64,000 nt of DNA from Vermamoeba vermiformis (lineage: Eukaryota), in assembly GCA_045837725.1 (NCBI GenBank), contig JBEWZL010000084.1, positions 310,001-374,000 on the forward strand, given 5' to 3'. Shown one piece after another: positions 47,115 through 59,439 of the stretch. Numbering within the stretch: the stretch's first letter is position 1; each line of letters begins with the position of its first letter. Both the position numbers and the translations under genes were made by a program. Below the pieces are notes generated by a model. It did not search any database, had not been told where the DNA came from, and saw only the letters and a list, made by a program, of their open reading frames with translations.

Positions 47115-48432
47115 ATGGGTAATTCAGCGAAAAAAACAGCGGCTGCTGCTGCTCCCACGCAACCGCCTCGAAATAAAAATATTCCCCACCACTATTTTTT
47201 AAATCTCGGTGTTATTGGTGCACCAAATAGCGGCAAGAGCACCTTTGCGAAGCAGATGCGCATATTGTACGACAATGGATTCACCGATGAGGAAAAACAA
47301 ACCTACAAAATGGTTCTAATATCAAATATATTACTTGCTATTAAGGAATTAATCGCTCAGTCGAAAAGCAAGGGCATTGCAATTGAAAATGAAGAAGCTG
47401 CCAAAATATTGACCGAGATCGATCCGGATCGAGTAGCCTTAACTCCAGAACTGGTTGGGAACGTTAAAAATCTTTGGGAGTCAAGTAAGTACTCTATATA
47501 AAAGCATTATGTGCTGCTAATATTAAAGAATATTATAAGCATGCGCGTACAATAATATAACTTTTGAAATTTCCATTCTAACGTTTTTCTTAAATAAAAT
47601 TCAGGCCTTAAACAAGTGTACAGCAGACGCAGCGAATTCGTCAATGTACCATCGACCATGGAGTATTGCATGACTATAATTGATCGTTTGGCTGATCCTG
47701 AATACACCCTCACGAACTACGATATTTTGCATGCAAGAACTGGTACGATAGAGACTACTGGAGTCAAGCAGGGCAGATTCACCTACTGCTTGGAACATGT
47801 GCCTTCAGTGCAACACATTCATGAAAATAATAACTTTGTTGGCATCGTTTTTTTTGTCGCGTTGGACGAGTGGGATGTGATGTCGGAGGAAGATCCGACC
47901 AAGACTAGGTATGTTGATATGTATTTAGTTGTACAGTAGTACTACTATACGATTAATTGATCAAATTAGCAGAAATAGTGTTCAAATCAAAAGATGTACG
48001 CTTTAGGATCTTATATTCAATTTCATAGTGGGATCCACTAACAAATGAAATCTAAATTAATAACATTAATTATAACTCAGGCTACAAAAGATCTTGGAGG
48101 AGGTTGAAAGAGCTGCTTCCGAAAAAAGCACGAGAGGGACGCCGATGATGCTGATCTTGAACAAGAAAGACGCGTTCAAGGAGAAAATCATGTGGAATGA
48201 TCTTTCAAGAGCATTTCCTGAATATAAGGGTGGCAGTGACTATAATAAGGCCATTGAGTTCATTAAAAATTTGTTCTTGGCTCGGATGCCGCAGCCGGGT
48301 ACCCGACCTTGTTATGGCACTGATCCTGTCCCTAATATTCATATTACTTGCGCCCTGGATACTCAAGAAATGAAGAACCTATTTGACGCCTTAAAGGAAT
48401 ATATTTTCAAGATGAGCGTAACCCCAGGATAA
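47115..48432 (+). CDS. Divergent heterotrimeric G-protein alpha-like protein lacking the G3/switch II motif
   Basis: Three exons. GAPNSGKSTFAKQMRILY, helical domain, DILHAR..TTG, IVFFVAL, LILNKKDAFKEKI, HITCALDT. No DVGGQ. Confidence 0.92.
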
Positions 48433-48657
48433 TGCACCAGTGCCAAGTAATATTATATACAGTATAATATAATTACATAATGTTGTAGTGCAATATAAAT
48501 ATTATATTTTAAGGTAAATTGACGGACAAGAGCTTCATAGGATTTTTCTACTCGTTGAGTAGTTAGCAAGGACGAAGACAATCGGATAATAATAATAGTT
48601 AATCATATTTGTGCAATATTTAGCTGTTCTGGTATAATATTATATCCGAACGGGATA

Positions 48658-49432
48658 TTACAATGCTTGCAAGGTTTTCAATTCCAAACTGGACACGCCA
48701 AACTGTTTTTTGTTTGTGTTGTAAACTCCACCCGCAATTTGCAATCCAAATACTCTGATATTCGATAAATCTAATGGTGGCACGTCGGAGATGATTTTGC
48801 CGCGGTAGTAGGGTTTAAATCCGGCGATCGGCATTGAAATTGTTTCAAAATCGCCAGAATTCACTAATTAAAACATTCCATTAATAAAAATATAATATAA
48901 TATACTAATAAATACCATTTACACTGAAGAAGTACTCGAATGAATATTTTGTGTCGGGATCTGATTTCAAAATGACTGAGTACAAATCATTTTGGCCTTG
49001 CGCACGCAATGTTAGCGATAATGTAGTAGCATTAGAAATATCCCATTCGATATTTACTCTTCTGCTGGCAAAACAAGCTCCATCTGAAAAGTGTAACGAA
49101 AAAGTTAATAACTTAATTGTGCCTCGTGCGTTCGGTTTCAAAAAAAATATTAGATATAACTCTTAACAGTTCTTATAGTAATAGTAATTGTATAGTATTC
49201 TGTTACCTGGTTGCGGATTCAGAAGTGTAAAAAATACTCCTTGCTGGTATTGTTGAGTCTTTTGAATATCAATTACTGCTAATGATTTTCCGACACTACG
49301 GGTTGTATCAGATACTTCAAACCAGTCCGTGGTCGAGTAATCGTCGCTGGTAAAGTCGATCAGAGTTTCTGCGCTCAATGCCATCCCGTTCAAAAGGGCC
49401 AATAATATGAATACTGCTGGTATTGCTTTCAT
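48658..49432 (-). CDS. Secreted CIA30 (NDUFAF1-like, galactose-binding-like fold) domain protein
   Basis: Signal peptide MKAIPAVFILLALLNGMALSA; WFEVSDTTRSVGKS, GACFAS, LTLRAQG, ISMPIAGFKPYYRGK, PLDLSNIRVFGL match the CIA30 pattern. Three exons. Confidence 0.85.
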
Positions 49433-49542
49433 ATTGATGGTTTTCAAACGATATTTCGGAATAAAACGGTGATTTAGGCCATTGCAGTCGTGAGGTCGCG
49501 TGCGATCCTTAATTTAGACAGATCGGAACGCGAAACACCATA

Positions 49543-52184
49543 ATGGAACAGTCTTTGGAATGTTCCACACCTAGTATTAGTGCAAAAAGTATAATTAATG
49601 ATATTGAATCATTGGTAAAGCGAAAAGAAGATGGACATTCGGTGGATCTTGCAGAATACCAACAAACGCTTGAAAAAATTGAAATAATTACGTACGACCG
49701 TGCAAATATTTCCTTATTACAAAATCTGCCGTAAGTTAACGTTAATTCATCAATTGAAATTAATACAATTATTTTAGTGAGGAAGTTGTCATTAAAATCT
49801 TGCAGTTACATGATCGAGCTAAAAAATTATCGTGGAATAAATTAACTACAAAATTACGAGCATTAGTCGTAGTGGCTGGTGAAAGTAAGTCCATGTTGAC
49901 AGATCGAAAATCCTTTTTTGCTAACTGATGCTTATTAAGAGCAAAGTCACGATGTTGTTGAGCAGATATTAGAATTACTACTTAATTATAAGGCGGTGCA
50001 TGAAGAAATAAATTTTGAGCTCTTGTTGACGGCATCCGGCTTTGGTAAGTTTCAATTATAAAAAGATGTCCGTTACTAATATAGATATATAGACGTTGTT
50101 AAATGGATTAAAAAAGGAGCCAATTTGAATCGCTTAGCAAATTATTTGCAGCAATTTAAATTCACGCGAACAGCCCTCGAGACCCTGCACTTTGTCATGA
50201 CCAGATCCGGTACGACATCCATCCCATATTAAAACTTTAATATTAATATCATTATAGAGCTCACTGAAGTTATTGAGAACGAACTTTCGGTCCCGACACT
50301 CGATACCTATTTGCGCCTAACTAAGCACAAAGGTGCTGCTCTCGCAATGTCAATTTGGCAAACTTTTAACCAGCCAAAGTACTACGAACTGATTAAACAA
50401 TTAAGTCCCGAGAGTAAGAAGATAGGAACTATATTATTACTAGAATAGTGTTTGCTAATCGATTTTTTGGTAGTTCAATTGGAATGGATCATTTTTATCG
50501 TGCAGCACTACAAGTCCGAGGATTTCGAAGAAAAATACTTGGATTTATTTAAATCGCTCGTATTATGGTAATTAACGAGATAGACGATAATTAAAAATGA
50601 TAATTTTTTTGAATAGTGTGGATGTGTCGTTGTTACCACGAGCATTCAAGCCTGGTCATTTGTTGAACGAACATTTCTTCATCAAAATTATGCGCGATAA
50701 TCAAAAGAAGACGTTTGATTTCTTAATGCAAGCCGTAAGTACTCAATTTTAATTTGGAACCTACAATTTTTTTTCTACTGTTAACGTATTAGCTCTTCTA
50801 TCATATTGTATTATTACACTTATTATTTATTTATGAAAAATAATGAATTATTTGCTAAATATGGTAATTTAAAGCTGATTTCTACTTTTGGTAGGGTTAT
50901 AATTTTGCGACGTTCAAGAAAAAAGGACGAGCGTTGCATGTTGCTATTCAATTATGCAATAGTCATTTCGTGAAAGAGATCCTAAAAAGGAAATTAATTA
51001 ATTTAAAAGAACTGGAGCACATCGATCGAGCGCATCTGCTAAAAATGAAAGATCTGCATATTTATCAATTGATGCACGATGGCGGCTTTGATTTTACAAA
51101 AGAGCCGTTAGTGCCTAATTCGGACTTGACCGTAGATTATCCGTTCATGAACGCGTTGATGGACTGGCACCTGTCAAAACGTCAAACAAAAGTACTGTCG
51201 CTCAAACGACTGTGCATCATTGAAGTCAAAGCCAACAACATTAGTGATGAACGACTGCCCCATGACTTGCGCGAGGATATTGATGGTGCGTAAAAATTTT
51301 ATGTTCCTTTTGGCTTTACGATAAGCATTTTCCATATTTGGAAAGTTATTTAAATTATTGTTTTGGTTCGATTCGAATTCGTTGTTAGTTTTAATTTCAT
51401 GAATTGGAAGAGCATGGGAATGACGTGCTCTTAAATACTTTCCTTATTTGGAGTACAAACTAAGATCCTTCGAAGTTTGTTGTCAGTACAAAAGTATTGT
51501 TTTTCTTATTGATATTTGGTGCTCCAATAATAGCTAATAGAATTACTTACTTTCATCATTAAAATAGTACTAAATGTATTTTTGTAGAGTACAAAGAGCT
51601 ATGGTATTGGTTGAATTGGAGCGACGATGAAGATGAGAAAATTTACTGGAAAGATGTGGTGCAATATTTGCTGAAAACAGCGACGGTGCGTGAGGAAGAG
51701 AGCGCATTGGTGGATTTTAAATTGAAGACTATTCACGAAGACAATATTATTCTTAGAATTCATTTGAAGCCCGGCGGTTATTATTATTCTTCATATTTCA
51801 AGCCTAGTATTACCTTGCCATATGGCTATCGAAATATACCACAAGGATATCATAATACTGTAAGTATTAATAATTAGTCATAGAATTTTTTTTAAAGACA
51901 GAATTTTTTGCGTTCGGATCTAGATCGGACTTTTTTTTAACGTTTAATTTTAGATGGATAATGCTATGGCAGAAAATCTTGGCGTTAGTATGGGAGACCT
52001 TCCAGTATTATATGGCCTAATGTCACTTGTGGCGGTAAAACTCACTTCGGAAGCGGATCCTGCAGGTCAAGTTAAATCAGAGCAACCCTTTTGGCTAGTG
52101 TACAATCCTACTGCTGTTTGGACCGCTGATAAATTGACCAAGTGGTACGAGAAGATTATGCGCGTTATGATTGAAACCAAATAA
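49543..52184 (+). CDS. Tandem paralogue A: helical protein with possible N-terminal F-box-like motif and internal SOCS/BC-box-like motif
   Basis: LPEEVVIKILQL (F-box-like, weak); VLSLKRLCIIEV..LPHDLRE (SOCS-box-like). The intron after GAT G|gt joins in frame to EYKELWYW, so ORFs 51611 and 51954 belong to this gene. Confidence 0.75.
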
Positions 52185-52409
52185 ACTTAGGATGGCGGGT
52201 AGCTCGTCACCGACAATTTACGTTTATTTGTAACGAAAACTTGCGTATTCGAGAATGTTTGGCAGAAATACACCTTACACTAACAATATAGGATAGATAC
52301 TGAAGGGTCCCGCAATGAACCCGGGGCGAATATTTTCTATGGCTCTAAAAATAGTTTTCAAAAAATCGAGTTTGTTTGAACCCTTTAACCAGACAACGAT
52401 GGAATAGCC

Positions 52410-54994
52410 ATGGAAGGCATCATTAATTACACAAAGTCCGTAATTATCGAAGCAGAGACGTTAGTCAAGCAAAAAGAAGACGGAAACGCGGTGGATCTTG
52501 CAGAATACCAACAAACGCTTCAAAAAATCGATATAATTTTATTCGAGAGCGTACATACGGCAATATTCAATAATCTACCGTAAGTTATTGTTTTCTTATT
52601 GAGATCTGATTTTTAAAAATTAATCATTTAGCGAAGAAATTGTTATTCGGGTCTTACAATTGTACAATCGTGCGCGACAATTATCATGGAAAAAATTAAC
52701 TTCGAAATTACGAGGTTTAGCGGTATTAGCTGGCAGAGGTAAGTCACTGTTGTGCAGATCTGGAATTATTATTTTACTAATATTTATTTTTTGAAGACCA
52801 AAGGCATGAATTGATCGAGCAAATAATAGAAGCACTATTAAATGATAGAGTATTGAACGAAGAGCTCATGTTTAAGATTTTAATTACCGCGCCAAACTTT
52901 GGTAAGAGAATCTAGTTTATTATTAATAAAACTAATATTAATTGGATTTAATATAGACATTGTTAAATGGATTAAAACAGAAGGAAATTTAACTCGCTTA
53001 GTAAATTATTTGAAGCAGTTTAAAATTACTGGCATTGCCCTCGAGATCCTGCACTTTGTCATGACCAGACCAGGTCCGATAGCCATCTCTTAATCATATC
53101 TCCATATTAATCTGATTATAGGTCTCATTGAGGTCATCGGAAGTGAATTTACGGTCCCAATACTTGAAATGTATTTCCGGCTCACGAAGCACAAAGAGCC
53201 ACGTTTCACACTTTCAATTTGGCGCTCATTTAATCAGCCACCGTACCCGTATTTTCAGCAGATTAAACAATTAGATACTGATGGTAAGGTCTTATATATA
53301 GTTCGACTTAAATAGTATTTACTAACGAGATTTCGTCGGTGTAGTTAAATTGGAGTGGATCACGTTCCTCGTTCAACATTATGATGTACAAACTTTCGAA
53401 GAAAATTATTTGGAATTATTCAAGGCTCTTGCTTCTAGGTAATTCGTTAAATACATAATTATTTCGATTAATCCTAACATACTTGCATAAATCAAATTCG
53501 TTCCGTAATGAAGATCTTAATTATCTCTGTCGTATTTATTATGAGTATGGTACTAATAAAAATATTATAAATAGTGTGGATGTGTCGTTGTTACCACGAG
53601 CATTCATGCCCGGTTGTTCGTTGAACGAACATTTCTTCATCAAAATTATGCGCGATAAGCAAAAGAAGACGTTTGATTTCTTGATGCAAATTGTAAGTTA
53701 TCGATTTTATTAAGGATTATTAATTATTATTCTATTATTAAGCCATATTGATATGACGAACTTAATTAGGGATACAATTTTGCTACGTTCAAAATGACCG
53801 AAGGACGAGCGTTACTCACTGCCATTCAATTACGGAATAGTCATTTCGTGAAAGAGATCCTAAAAAGGAAATTACTCAATTTGGACAAAATCGAGTTATC
53901 GAGAGACTTAAGTCTGATGGATCTGGTTCACATGCAAGATCTGCATATTTATCAATTGATACACAACAGCGGCGTTGATTTTCACAAAAAAGCGTTGATC
54001 CCTTCATACTTCCATTGTAAAGTCAATTATCCGTTCGTGAACGCGTTGATGGACTGGCACCTGTCAAAACGTCAAACAAAAGTACTGTCGCTCAAACGAC
54101 TGTGCATCATTGAAGTCAAAGCCAACAACATTAGTGATGAACGACTGCCCCATGACTTGCGCGATGCTATTGATGGTACGTAAAAAATTTACTGTTGGCG
54201 GTATTGCAAATTACGTAATTATTTTCTTTTACCTTATTTGGAAAATTGGAAAAGAATTCGAACTTCGATCAAAGCAACACTTGAAATTATGTTATAAAGA
54301 ATTCGAAATCGCTCTTAGCTTTAATTTCATTAAATATAGTCTTTCGAGTTTTTACGAATACCAGGTCGCTTTAAATTACTTCTGGATCGGACTAATTACA
54401 AAATTATAACGTTCATAAAGAATATAAGTGGTAGTAATAGTAATTAAAAAAATAATGGATTGTTATAGAATACAAAGAGCCGTGGTATTGGTTGAATTGG
54501 AACGACGATGAAGATGAGAAAAATTACTGGAAAGAATGGCTGCAATATTTACGCGAGACAGCACGAACAGTTGAAAAGAACATTGCAGACTATACATTGA
54601 AGACTATTCACGACGACTATTTAACATTGCGCATGGACGTTACGCGGCAGGGATCTTTCCCTGACCCGTGGATTACTTTCCCTGAAGGTTATCGAAATCT
54701 CCCGAAAAAACTCGATCGAAACGTACGTTTTTAATTATTACGTACATTATTTAATTTATTTTTGTGTAGAATGCCAAACCCTTGGCGGAATGTCTCGGTT
54801 TCAGTTTGCAATCGATTAGTGTATTTTGTTGCTTGGTAGCATTAGTGACGATCAAAGTCAGCTCGCCCGATCAGTTTGTGCCTCCAGATCAGCATTTTTC
54901 GACCATTTACAAAGTTAGTCCTGCTGCCCTCGACACACACAAACCGAATTGGTATGCAAGGTTTCTGCGTGCAATGACCAGCGAAAAATTGTAA
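52410..54994 (+). CDS. Tandem paralogue B of the 49543-52184 gene
   Basis: Same exon pattern and homologous peptides (VDLAEYQQTL, LPRAF, HFFIKIMRD, LSLKRLCIIEVKANN, WYWLNW). Confidence 0.75.
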
Positions 54995-55177
54995 TTAATA
55001 ATAAAGCGCGAGATCTCGGAGGGTATCCGCGATAAAACCGTAGAAGATTCTGTCCGCGGTCATTGTGTGTCGTCATTTTCGAAATACTGCACCCCAACTG
55101 ATGTACATAATATTTAAAAGGGTTGTCAGTATCTAATTTATAATATTTATTTATTCGAGCCGTATCATAATAAGCAG

Positions 55178-58047
55178 ATGGAAGAGAATAAAAGTTTGGA
55201 TTTGGTTTCGGTCGTCAAGACAAGTAAGAAAAACGGCATAAAATATTATTATTTACATATATATTAATAATAATACTTATTAGAAGCGTAATTTTTTGAT
55301 GACACGTGTCGTTCGATCTACATTAATTTTTGAACTGTCCAGTTCCTTTTCCGAAAATACAGTATTCTGATAAAACATGTCATTTATATCTATAAATTTG
55401 TATTAATATATTTAATTTAATTAAAGGGAATGCCGGGCAATTGGACAATTTTTTGCAATCCGCAAGCTCGGCTGAGGCGGCTACTTCCTCTCAAGTTGCA
55501 GAAGCCATTAGATGGTGCTGTAAAAATGCGTGGTACGAAGGAGCATTGACTTTACTGCGCGCAAATGTATATAAGAAGCCTGTTGATGAATTGATCGGAT
55601 CCAAATCTGAAGATGGCAGAAGTCTGTTCCATTTAATTGCCATTGGGCAGACCAAAAGTGAACTGGATAAGCTATTTAATGAACTACTAATAGATATTTA
55701 TGCACGAGGCGAAGACATAAATCAAAGAGATTCTAACGGATCTACAGCACTCATGAAAGCCATTGAATTGCATCACGTGCCACTCGCAAAATATCTATTA
55801 TCGTTAGAAAATATTAAGCTAGATCTCACTGATATGAAACGGCTTAATGTCCTTGATAAGATAATTTTGGCGAATAACGAAACCATCGCTGAAGATCTGG
55901 TCAAAACTCACAAAGAATACAACACCAAAGAATATCAATTGAATTGGATCAAGTACCAATCGCATGTAGTCGGCTTTATGGCTTCCATATTTGGTAACAT
56001 TAACGAAGAAAAGCTGGACACGTTTTTCATGAACGCCATCCACAATGGCCTCGAGAAGCAAGTCAATTTTTTCCTCGACAAAAAAATCAATGTTTCAGCC
56101 GTTGATCCACGTGACGGAAAGCACATCTTTTGCATTGCAGCTAGTGCGGGATATTTCACCCTGTGCAAGACTCTCATGAAGAAGACAACGATCATTATGC
56201 CGCGTACTGAATGGACCCACGTGATTGCTTGGAACTCGTTGAAGACCGAACCTGTCGACTCAAAGCACGAGGCTGAATTTGTCAAACTATTCAAGGGCCT
56301 CATCAAAAACAAAGGTACGTGACTCGTAAAGTGAAACTATGACACGTGTCAAAAGATTTCAGCAATTTCCTTTCTTGGTATATATATCCGTGGATCACAT
56401 TGTAGTGATCCTTAATAATACTCGCGAAGGTACTAAATTTTTAACGCATGATAGATGTGAACATTGCCAACCGCTTGAATGGTGAGACTCTGCTGCACGA
56501 AGCAAGTTTCCGAGGCAATGTGACAGCCATCAAAATTCTGATGAAAGCCGGTGCCAATCCAATGGCCGTGACTGCACGTGGTGAAACTGCACTACATTAC
56601 CTCACGCGGTGCAACAAAGTGGCTCGACACGGTGAAATCACGAAGCTGCTGTTCGAACCACTAGTCGGAGATCAACGCCAGATTGTGTTGCAGTCACGTG
56701 GTCCTGAAGGCACCGTGGAACAAGTGGCACGCAAATACAACTTGGTCGACATGCTCATGGCTATCAATCAGATCCGCGGATTCATCGGCGACGATCTCTT
56801 TTGGTCAGTTCTATGGCTATTAATTCCCACTATGACACGTGATCAAGTCATATCTTTGACATATGTCAACAAGCGTCTCCGAGCTGTTTGTTCCCACGAA
56901 ATTTTTTGGGCGGGAAGAGATCCGGCTGCTACGTGCAACAGTCTGTTACCAGAATACGACGACTGGTGCGAAGAATTGTTGCCTAACCCACGTGACCAAA
57001 TGATATTAGCTCGTTATTATAGACAGCGCGCACGAGGAGAATATTTCAAGTTATTACTCAGCAAGACCAACCACGGCCAGTTCAATGACCGCCGATCCGA
57101 TCAAATTGTTCCTGGAATGACTTTAGCGCAACTATCAAGCTCGCAGAAACCATCGATGGAATATGCATATTTATTCGACGAAGCTAATAATCCGTTGTTG
57201 ATCGGATTCAAGCCATCCGAGGCCAAGAAAAAATCACCTGCCAAGTTATTATCTGGATTAATGAAGAAAATGAGCTTTAAAAATATCAAAAGCGGAAGCG
57301 ACAAGCTGAAAGCAAGCCAAGAAATCAAAGCCAAGGCAGATGCGAACGATGACGACGATCTAGTCAAAGATTTTGAAGCCAAAGGCCAACATATCTTCAA
57401 AGTACTATTATTGGGCGATATTGGTGTCGGAAAGACCTCCGTACTACTCAGATTCATCGAAAATCGTTACAACGTACCGGATTCGGAGCTTGAAACGATT
57501 TTGGCGGGAGATTTCGTCGAGACCGCTGTTTGCCTGCAACAAAAACTGATTAGAATGCAAATAGTAAGTAATTTTATTATATTATATACGTTATTAATAC
57601 ATTATTATTGTATAGTGGGACACGGTGCACTTACAAAAATTAAGGTAAAAATTTTGAACCGTTGGATCTCCATTACAAATTTTTTAATATTCGTTCAATT
57701 ATTACAGAAATGCATGCAACCCTCACCGAAATGCAGACATAGCCATTATTCACTTCGATATTACGAACAAAGCGACCTTCGAGCGGTTACCGGATTGGGC
57801 TTCGTGGGTCAGCAGAGATTGCTCCAGTAATACGCGCATCTTAGTTATTGGATGCAAAGCAGACTCTCCTAAACGAAAAGTAACGACTGAAGAAGCAAAA
57901 GCCAAATCCGCTGAAATTGGAGCTTCGTACATTGAAACTTCAGCGTTGTTAGATCAGAACTGTGACTTGGCTTATTGGCTCGTGGCTAACCAAACGTTGC
58001 AATATATTCATGCTGGTGTTCAATTAAATATGACCAGTATGCACTAG
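55178..58047 (+). CDS. Ankyrin repeats - F-box-like - Rab-like (probably degenerate) small GTPase fusion
   Basis: Ankyrins GSTALMKA, GETLLHEA, GETALHY; F-box-like IGDDLFWSVLWLL..VISLTYVNKRLRAVCSHEIFW; GTPase FKVLLLGDIGVGKTS, QI|WDTVHLQ, VIGCKAD, YIETSA. Stop at 58045-58047. Confidence 0.88.
56340..56351. promoter_or_regulatory. Palindrome TGACACGTGTCA, intronic copy 3
   Basis: Exact match inside intron 2 of the ANK-F-box-Rab gene. Confidence 0.5.
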
Positions 58048-58159
58048 AGTTAATTTTGATAAAATAAAAAACTCGTTACAAAAATTTATATTTTTATTAT
58101 TTCGTCTAGTTTACAAGATAAGACATAACCAACCGCCGGAATGATATATAATATCATAA

Positions 58160-58979
58160 TTAAATGCGGTAATTGCTAATCTTAAGCCAAGCTTGGAAGT
58201 TTTCGTTCAGATCCATTTTCACCATACTTACAGCTCCGTCGAATAAATCTCTAGTCCAATCTCCTGCCGCTGCCTTGTTGGTAATAATATCAAGAAGCAT
58301 ATCGTCAACGGAGATTTGCTTTTCTGCGCCCGATTTGACGTACTTATTGAAAGTCATCGATCCGAGTTCTGCAATCTGAGCTGGCGGCAAATTATTATCG
58401 ACGCGCCAGTGGTAAGCGTTAACACTACTGTAAAATTCTAACGTTTCTTCTAAATGCTTTGCTGCAAGGTAATTAAAGAAGGCCATGTAAAGTTCGTTAT
58501 CTTTCGTCACATCTTCCAGCACTGGTATCCTTTTGTTTGACATACGACCCAACTGAGGTGAAGACTGTGCCTATAATTATATAAGTTAATACTTGCTGCT
58601 TGAATAAGCTAGGTGAGCTGAATTTTTAACCGGGATTCAGAGCATAAAATTCAATTACGCTTCAAAAATTCTAATTTCGATTTAATACTGCTCCAAAAAT
58701 CATTTTGAATAATATTCGCTGCTACCAAATGAGTTACGTAATTTTGCAAATTAAAATAACGGTTATTTAAATTAAGCGGATTTGGTATTCGCTTACCTGC
58801 AGATTACTAGATGAAACAACTCTATTTATGGAAGGGCTTGATACTTGAGTCGATAATCTTGGTTGAGAAGCGACACGTTGAGCAGCAGCAGGCCGTACAC
58901 CTTCTAATCTGTCAAGACTTTCTTCAATACGTTGAAGAACCATGTCCAAATTATTTAAAATTGCGTCCTCGGTGGTCAT
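58160..58979 (-). CDS. Small RGS-domain protein
   Basis: AFFNYLAAKHLEETLEFYSSV..TFNKYVKSGAEKQISVD..DLFD is an RGS box. Two exons, short coiled N-terminus. Confidence 0.88.
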
Positions 58980-59439
58980 TTTGCTCGTATAATTGAATGA
59001 TTTAAATGTTATTTCTCATGCAACGAGCTAGACACGTGTCAAATATTGTGTCAGATCCAAAATTTCCCTTTTATTTACTTTAGGCTCGTACTGGCGTCAG
59101 GCCAATCCTCAACCATATTTGTTTAAAAATCCAAAAGGCTTTTTAGGCTATTCCAGAAGCCGGGCCTGAGTCCAAAGCACAAGCGTCACTTCATGATGCT
59201 TTTGGCGGCCCTAACTTGTCGCGACTTGCGTCGTTAGTAGAACTCGATCATATATCATAGTATGGTCTCCTTTTTGATAGCATATAGACTGATCTTACGG
59301 TGATTTTTGGTTATTTTCCTTATTTGAACCAAATTTATTTAGCCGTTACAGTTTACGCGACAAAAAGCAACGCGGTATGAGGGATACGATTGTTAATAAC
59401 GCAAAGAAAGAATATCACAATCCTGATGCATCGATAACA

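Larger units (their letters stand above)
49543..54994 (+). repeat. Direct tandem gene duplication, unit about 2.9 kb
   Basis: Collinear similarity, including an identical block at 51148-51274 and 54038-54164. Confidence 0.9.

Noticed and set aside
51611-52184. ORFs 51611/51954 (and 54492/54782) as a separate duplicated gene
   Set aside because: No ATG start; an in-frame phase-1 intron links them to the upstream SOCS-box exon in both copies.
59080-59240. GC-richer intergenic stretch as possible MITE or tRNA
   Set aside because: No convincing terminal inverted repeats, cloverleaf or A/B boxes.
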